Assembly (NCBI GenBank): GCA_035275265.1
Contig: DATENC010000004.1
Coordinates: 75,843-139,842 of the forward strand
Origin: Burkholderiales bacterium
GTDB taxonomy: Bacteria; Pseudomonadota; Gammaproteobacteria; Burkholderiales; JACQAP01
DNA length: 64,000 bases
Reading direction: 5' to 3'
This document shows, piece by piece, positions 62,922-64,000 of the stretch (positions are counted from its first letter, which is position 1; each line of letters opens with the position of its first letter). The position numbers were made by a program, and so were the translations under genes. The notes beneath the pieces were generated by a model. The model was not told the origin of the DNA. It saw only the letters and a list, made by a program, of their open reading frames with translations, and made no database searches.

Positions 62922-64000
62922 ATGATCCGAAAAAGGCTACGGGAGATCAGTCCGCGCGATCTGTGGATGGTGGTTGCGCCGGTGGTAGTTGTCGTCCTGC
63001 TGGCTTTGTTCTTCGCATTTCAATTTGTCGAGCCGGGGCCGCCGGACAGAGTGGCGATGGCGACCGGCGCGGTGGACGGCGGCGAACACATGTTCGCCCA
63101 GCGCTACAAGGAGATCCTGGCGCGCGATGGTGTCACGCTCGAACTGCAAATCTCGGCCGGTTCACAGGAAAACGTAAGCCGCCTTCTGGACGAAGAATCC
63201 GACGTGGAAGTGGGTTTCTTCCAGGGCGGCTCGGCTTTTGCCGCCAATGCGCCGAATCTGCGCTCGCTGGGCAGCATCTACTATGAACCGCTCTGGGTGT
63301 TCTACCGCGGCGCCGAGATTCGCGACTTCGGCGGCCTGAAAGGCAAGCGGCTGGCCATCGGGCCTGAGGAAAGCGGCACGCGGGCGCTTGCACTGCAACT
63401 GCTGGCGGTCAATGCCACCGTAATGCCACCGACGGCGCTCCTCCCCGAGAGCGGCATGAAGGCCAACGAGATGCTGCTGCAAGGCAAGGTCGATGCGGTG
63501 TTCATGGTGGGTCCGCCGGAATCGCCACTGGTTGAACAATTGGTTTTTGCCCGCGGCATCCGGCTGCTCAGCCTCGAGCGCGCGGAAGCTTATACACGCC
63601 GCTTCCCCTACCTGACCAAGCTGACCTTGCCGCGAGGCGTGTTTGATTTCGTCAGCAACAACCCGACGCAGGATGTGACGCTGGTGTCACCAACCGCCAA
63701 CTTGCTGATCCGTGACACGCTGCATCCGGCGCTGGCATTCCTGCTGATGAGAGCCGCGAAAGAAATACACGGCAACGCGGGATTGCTGAACAAGATCGGC
63801 GAGTTTCCGGCGCCGCTCAATTCCGAGTTCCCGCTAACCAGCGAAGCGGAGCGCTACTACACGGTCGGGCCGCCGTTCCTGCAGCGCTACCTGCCTTATT
63901 GGATCGCGGTCATGGTAGACCGGCTGTGGATCATCCTCCTGCCGGCACTGGCGCTGCTGGTGCCGATCACAAGGCTCATTCCACCGCTGTATCGCTGGCG
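62922..64000 (+). CDS. TAXI-family solute-binding domain protein with TM anchors (3' partial, runs off the window)
   Basis: ATG at 62922 and no stop before the window end, so it is absent from the ORF track. Clear paralog of the 29849-31249 product, with shared TM1, PBP core, and LPYWIAVMVDRL...PPLYRW. Confidence 0.75.
   Translation, partial: MIRKRLREISPRDLWMVVAPVVVVVLLALFFAFQFVEPGPPDRVAMATGAVDGGEHMFAQRYKEILARDGVTLELQISAGSQENVSRLLDEESDVEVGFFQGGSAFAANAPNLRSLGSIYYEPLWVFYRGAEIRDFGGLKGKRLAIGPEESGTRALALQLLAVNATVMPPTALLPESGMKANEMLLQGKVDAVFMVGPPESPLVEQLVFARGIRLLSLERAEAYTRRFPYLTKLTLPRGVFDFVSNNPTQDVTLVSPTANLLIRDTLHPALAFLLMRAAKEIHGNAGLLNKIGEFPAPLNSEFPLTSEAERYYTVGPPFLQRYLPYWIAVMVDRLWIILLPALALLVPITRLIPPLYRW

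Noticed and set aside
1-64000. tRNA, rRNA, tmRNA, transposase, integrase or prophage boundaries
   Set aside because: I scanned the longer non-coding gaps by eye (14119-14494, 20171-20499, 31277-31882, 32147-32507, 43967-44366, 47152-47487, 59378-59609). I saw no cloverleaf-compatible sequence and no mobile-element ORFs. A tRNAscan/Infernal run would be needed for certainty.

Overview
High-GC bacterial chromosomal window, probably proteobacterial and possibly Betaproteobacteria-like. That guess is an inference from the Bug/TctC receptor, the ExeA-GspB pair and an E. coli-type gshA. About 69 protein genes are supportable. I saw no rRNA, tRNA, CRISPR array, transposase, integrase or prophage. 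Gene content is mostly ordinary: DUF3237/PanE-like, a TRAP dctPQM operon, PPK2, a Baeyer-Villiger monooxygenase, a PAS-GAF-GGDEF protein, gshA, a UvrD-like helicase, trxC, folE, msrA, an S41 protease, a persulfide dioxygenase-rhodanese fusion with two cytochromes c, TauD, a Rieske-FAD reductase, a histidine kinase and a class III adenylate cyclase. The most unusual signal is non-coding. A very dense family of mosaic intergenic repeats is assembled from a few 7-8 nt tandem words (GAGGGAC/GAGGGGC, GTGACAA/GTGACGA, GTGAATGA/GTGAAGGG, GATTGGG) plus two conserved hairpin blocks. I found 23 such loci: 21 between 1 and 41.2 kb, none between 41.2 and 60.0 kb, and two more after 60 kb. One 61-nt stretch is perfectly identical in inverted orientation at 5141-5201 and 18932-18992. 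The repeats abut or overlap gene ends, supply stop codons and C-terminal tails, and often pair a G-rich arm with its reverse complement. Other items worth a second look: an operon of a nucleotide-transporter-like MFS with two Tat-signal NAD(P)-type oxidoreductases; an islet with two paralogous small 'WYCV' proteins around a two-gene cassette; two membrane-anchored TAXI-like paralogs, one next to an AhpD-like/cyclase/DUF2652 cluster; a 45-aa hydrophobic ORF isolated between two intrinsic terminators; two arrays of phased direct repeats in AT-rich promoter regions; and several orphan secreted Cys-rich or Pro-rich proteins. All functional calls come from reading motifs by eye. No database search was run.
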